Origin: Acutalibacteraceae bacterium
GTDB lineage: Bacteria; Bacillota; Clostridia; Oscillospirales; Acutalibacteraceae
Assembly (NCBI GenBank): GCA_045546915.1
Contig: JAZQDU010000008.1
Coordinates: 34,291 to 98,290, forward strand
DNA length: 64,000 nucleotides
Direction of reading: 5' to 3'
Part shown: positions 63,648 through 64,000 of the stretch, in pieces
Layout: every line of letters begins with the position of its first letter
Numbering within the stretch: position 1 is the stretch's first letter
Notes under the pieces: model-generated
What the model saw: only the letters and a program-made list of their open reading frames with translations
The model's database searches: none
What the model was told of the DNA's origin: nothing
Program-made: the position numbers and the translations under genes

Positions 63648-64000
63648 TTGGAAGAAAAGGATGTAAAGGTGAACACGACCGAATCAGAGGCCGGCACCGC
63701 AACTCCCGAAAAGAAATCTAAAAAGAAGAGCGATGCTAAATCGGCAGAGATTGAAAAATTAAAAACACAACTTGCTGAGCAAAAAGATTTGCTTTTAAGA
63801 ACGGCGGCAGAATTTGATAATTATAAGCGCCGTACGCAAGAACATAGTGTTACTGCCGCTGAGTACACAAAAGCACAGATGTTAAAAAAACTTTTGCCTG
63901 TGTTTGATAACGTAGACCGTGCAAATGCAGTCGATAAAGAAAGCCCCGATTATGCTAAAGGGGTCGAACTGACGGTTAAACTTCTTATGGAAGCAGTCAC
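63648..64000 (+). CDS. grpE: Nucleotide exchange factor GrpE (3' partial, runs off the window)
   Basis: My own translation gives ..EIEKLKTQLAEQKDLLLRTAAEFDNYKRRTQE..LLPVFDNVDRA... Start uncertain (TTG 63648 or GTG 63669). Confidence 0.8.
   Translation, partial: MEEKDVKVNTTESEAGTATPEKKSKKKSDAKSAEIEKLKTQLAEQKDLLLRTAAEFDNYKRRTQEHSVTAAEYTKAQMLKKLLPVFDNVDRANAVDKESPDYAKGVELTVKLLMEAV

Overview
This is a chromosomal window from a mid/low-GC, spore-forming Firmicute, probably an anaerobic Clostridia-type organism. Supporting markers are CotF-like coat proteins, a CIRCE-hrcA-grpE operon, a type III glutamine synthetase, mgtE, nrdR and the recG/DAK2/Asp23 block. Coding density is high and genes are mostly housekeeping or envelope-related, with many near-consensus sigma-A promoters and rho-independent terminators. 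Four regions stand out. (1) 2.9-11.4 kb holds two tandem paralogous units, each made of a consensus promoter, a T-box leader and an HTH/cupin/acyl-CoA-synthetase fusion. By my hand fold the specifier codons are AUC (Ile) and GUA (Val). The second unit runs straight into a P-loop ATPase and a four-subunit 2-oxoacid:ferredoxin oxidoreductase (delta-alpha-beta-gamma, VOR-like). I read this as a tRNA-charging-gated route that turns branched short-chain fatty acids into Ile/Val by reductive carboxylation. (2) 27.8-32.6 kb holds an orphan phage tail-fibre plus lysis cassette, two tRNA-Ser genes, and a repeat-rich scar. The scar has a 61-bp perfect direct repeat, a 25-bp perfect inverted repeat and an inverted 16-nt copy of a tRNA-Ser segment, all around an RHS-core fragment and a small orphan gene. 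(3) 54.4-56.6 kb is an AT-rich-looking two-gene islet next to tRNA-Thr. It has a long, highly structured, terminator-containing leader in front of a lipoprotein gene. (4) 41.0-46.7 kb is an envelope-lipid cluster led by a GT2-GtrA-phosphodiester-glycosidase triple fusion. All calls come from reading the sequence and the ORF track by eye. No searches or folding programs were run.
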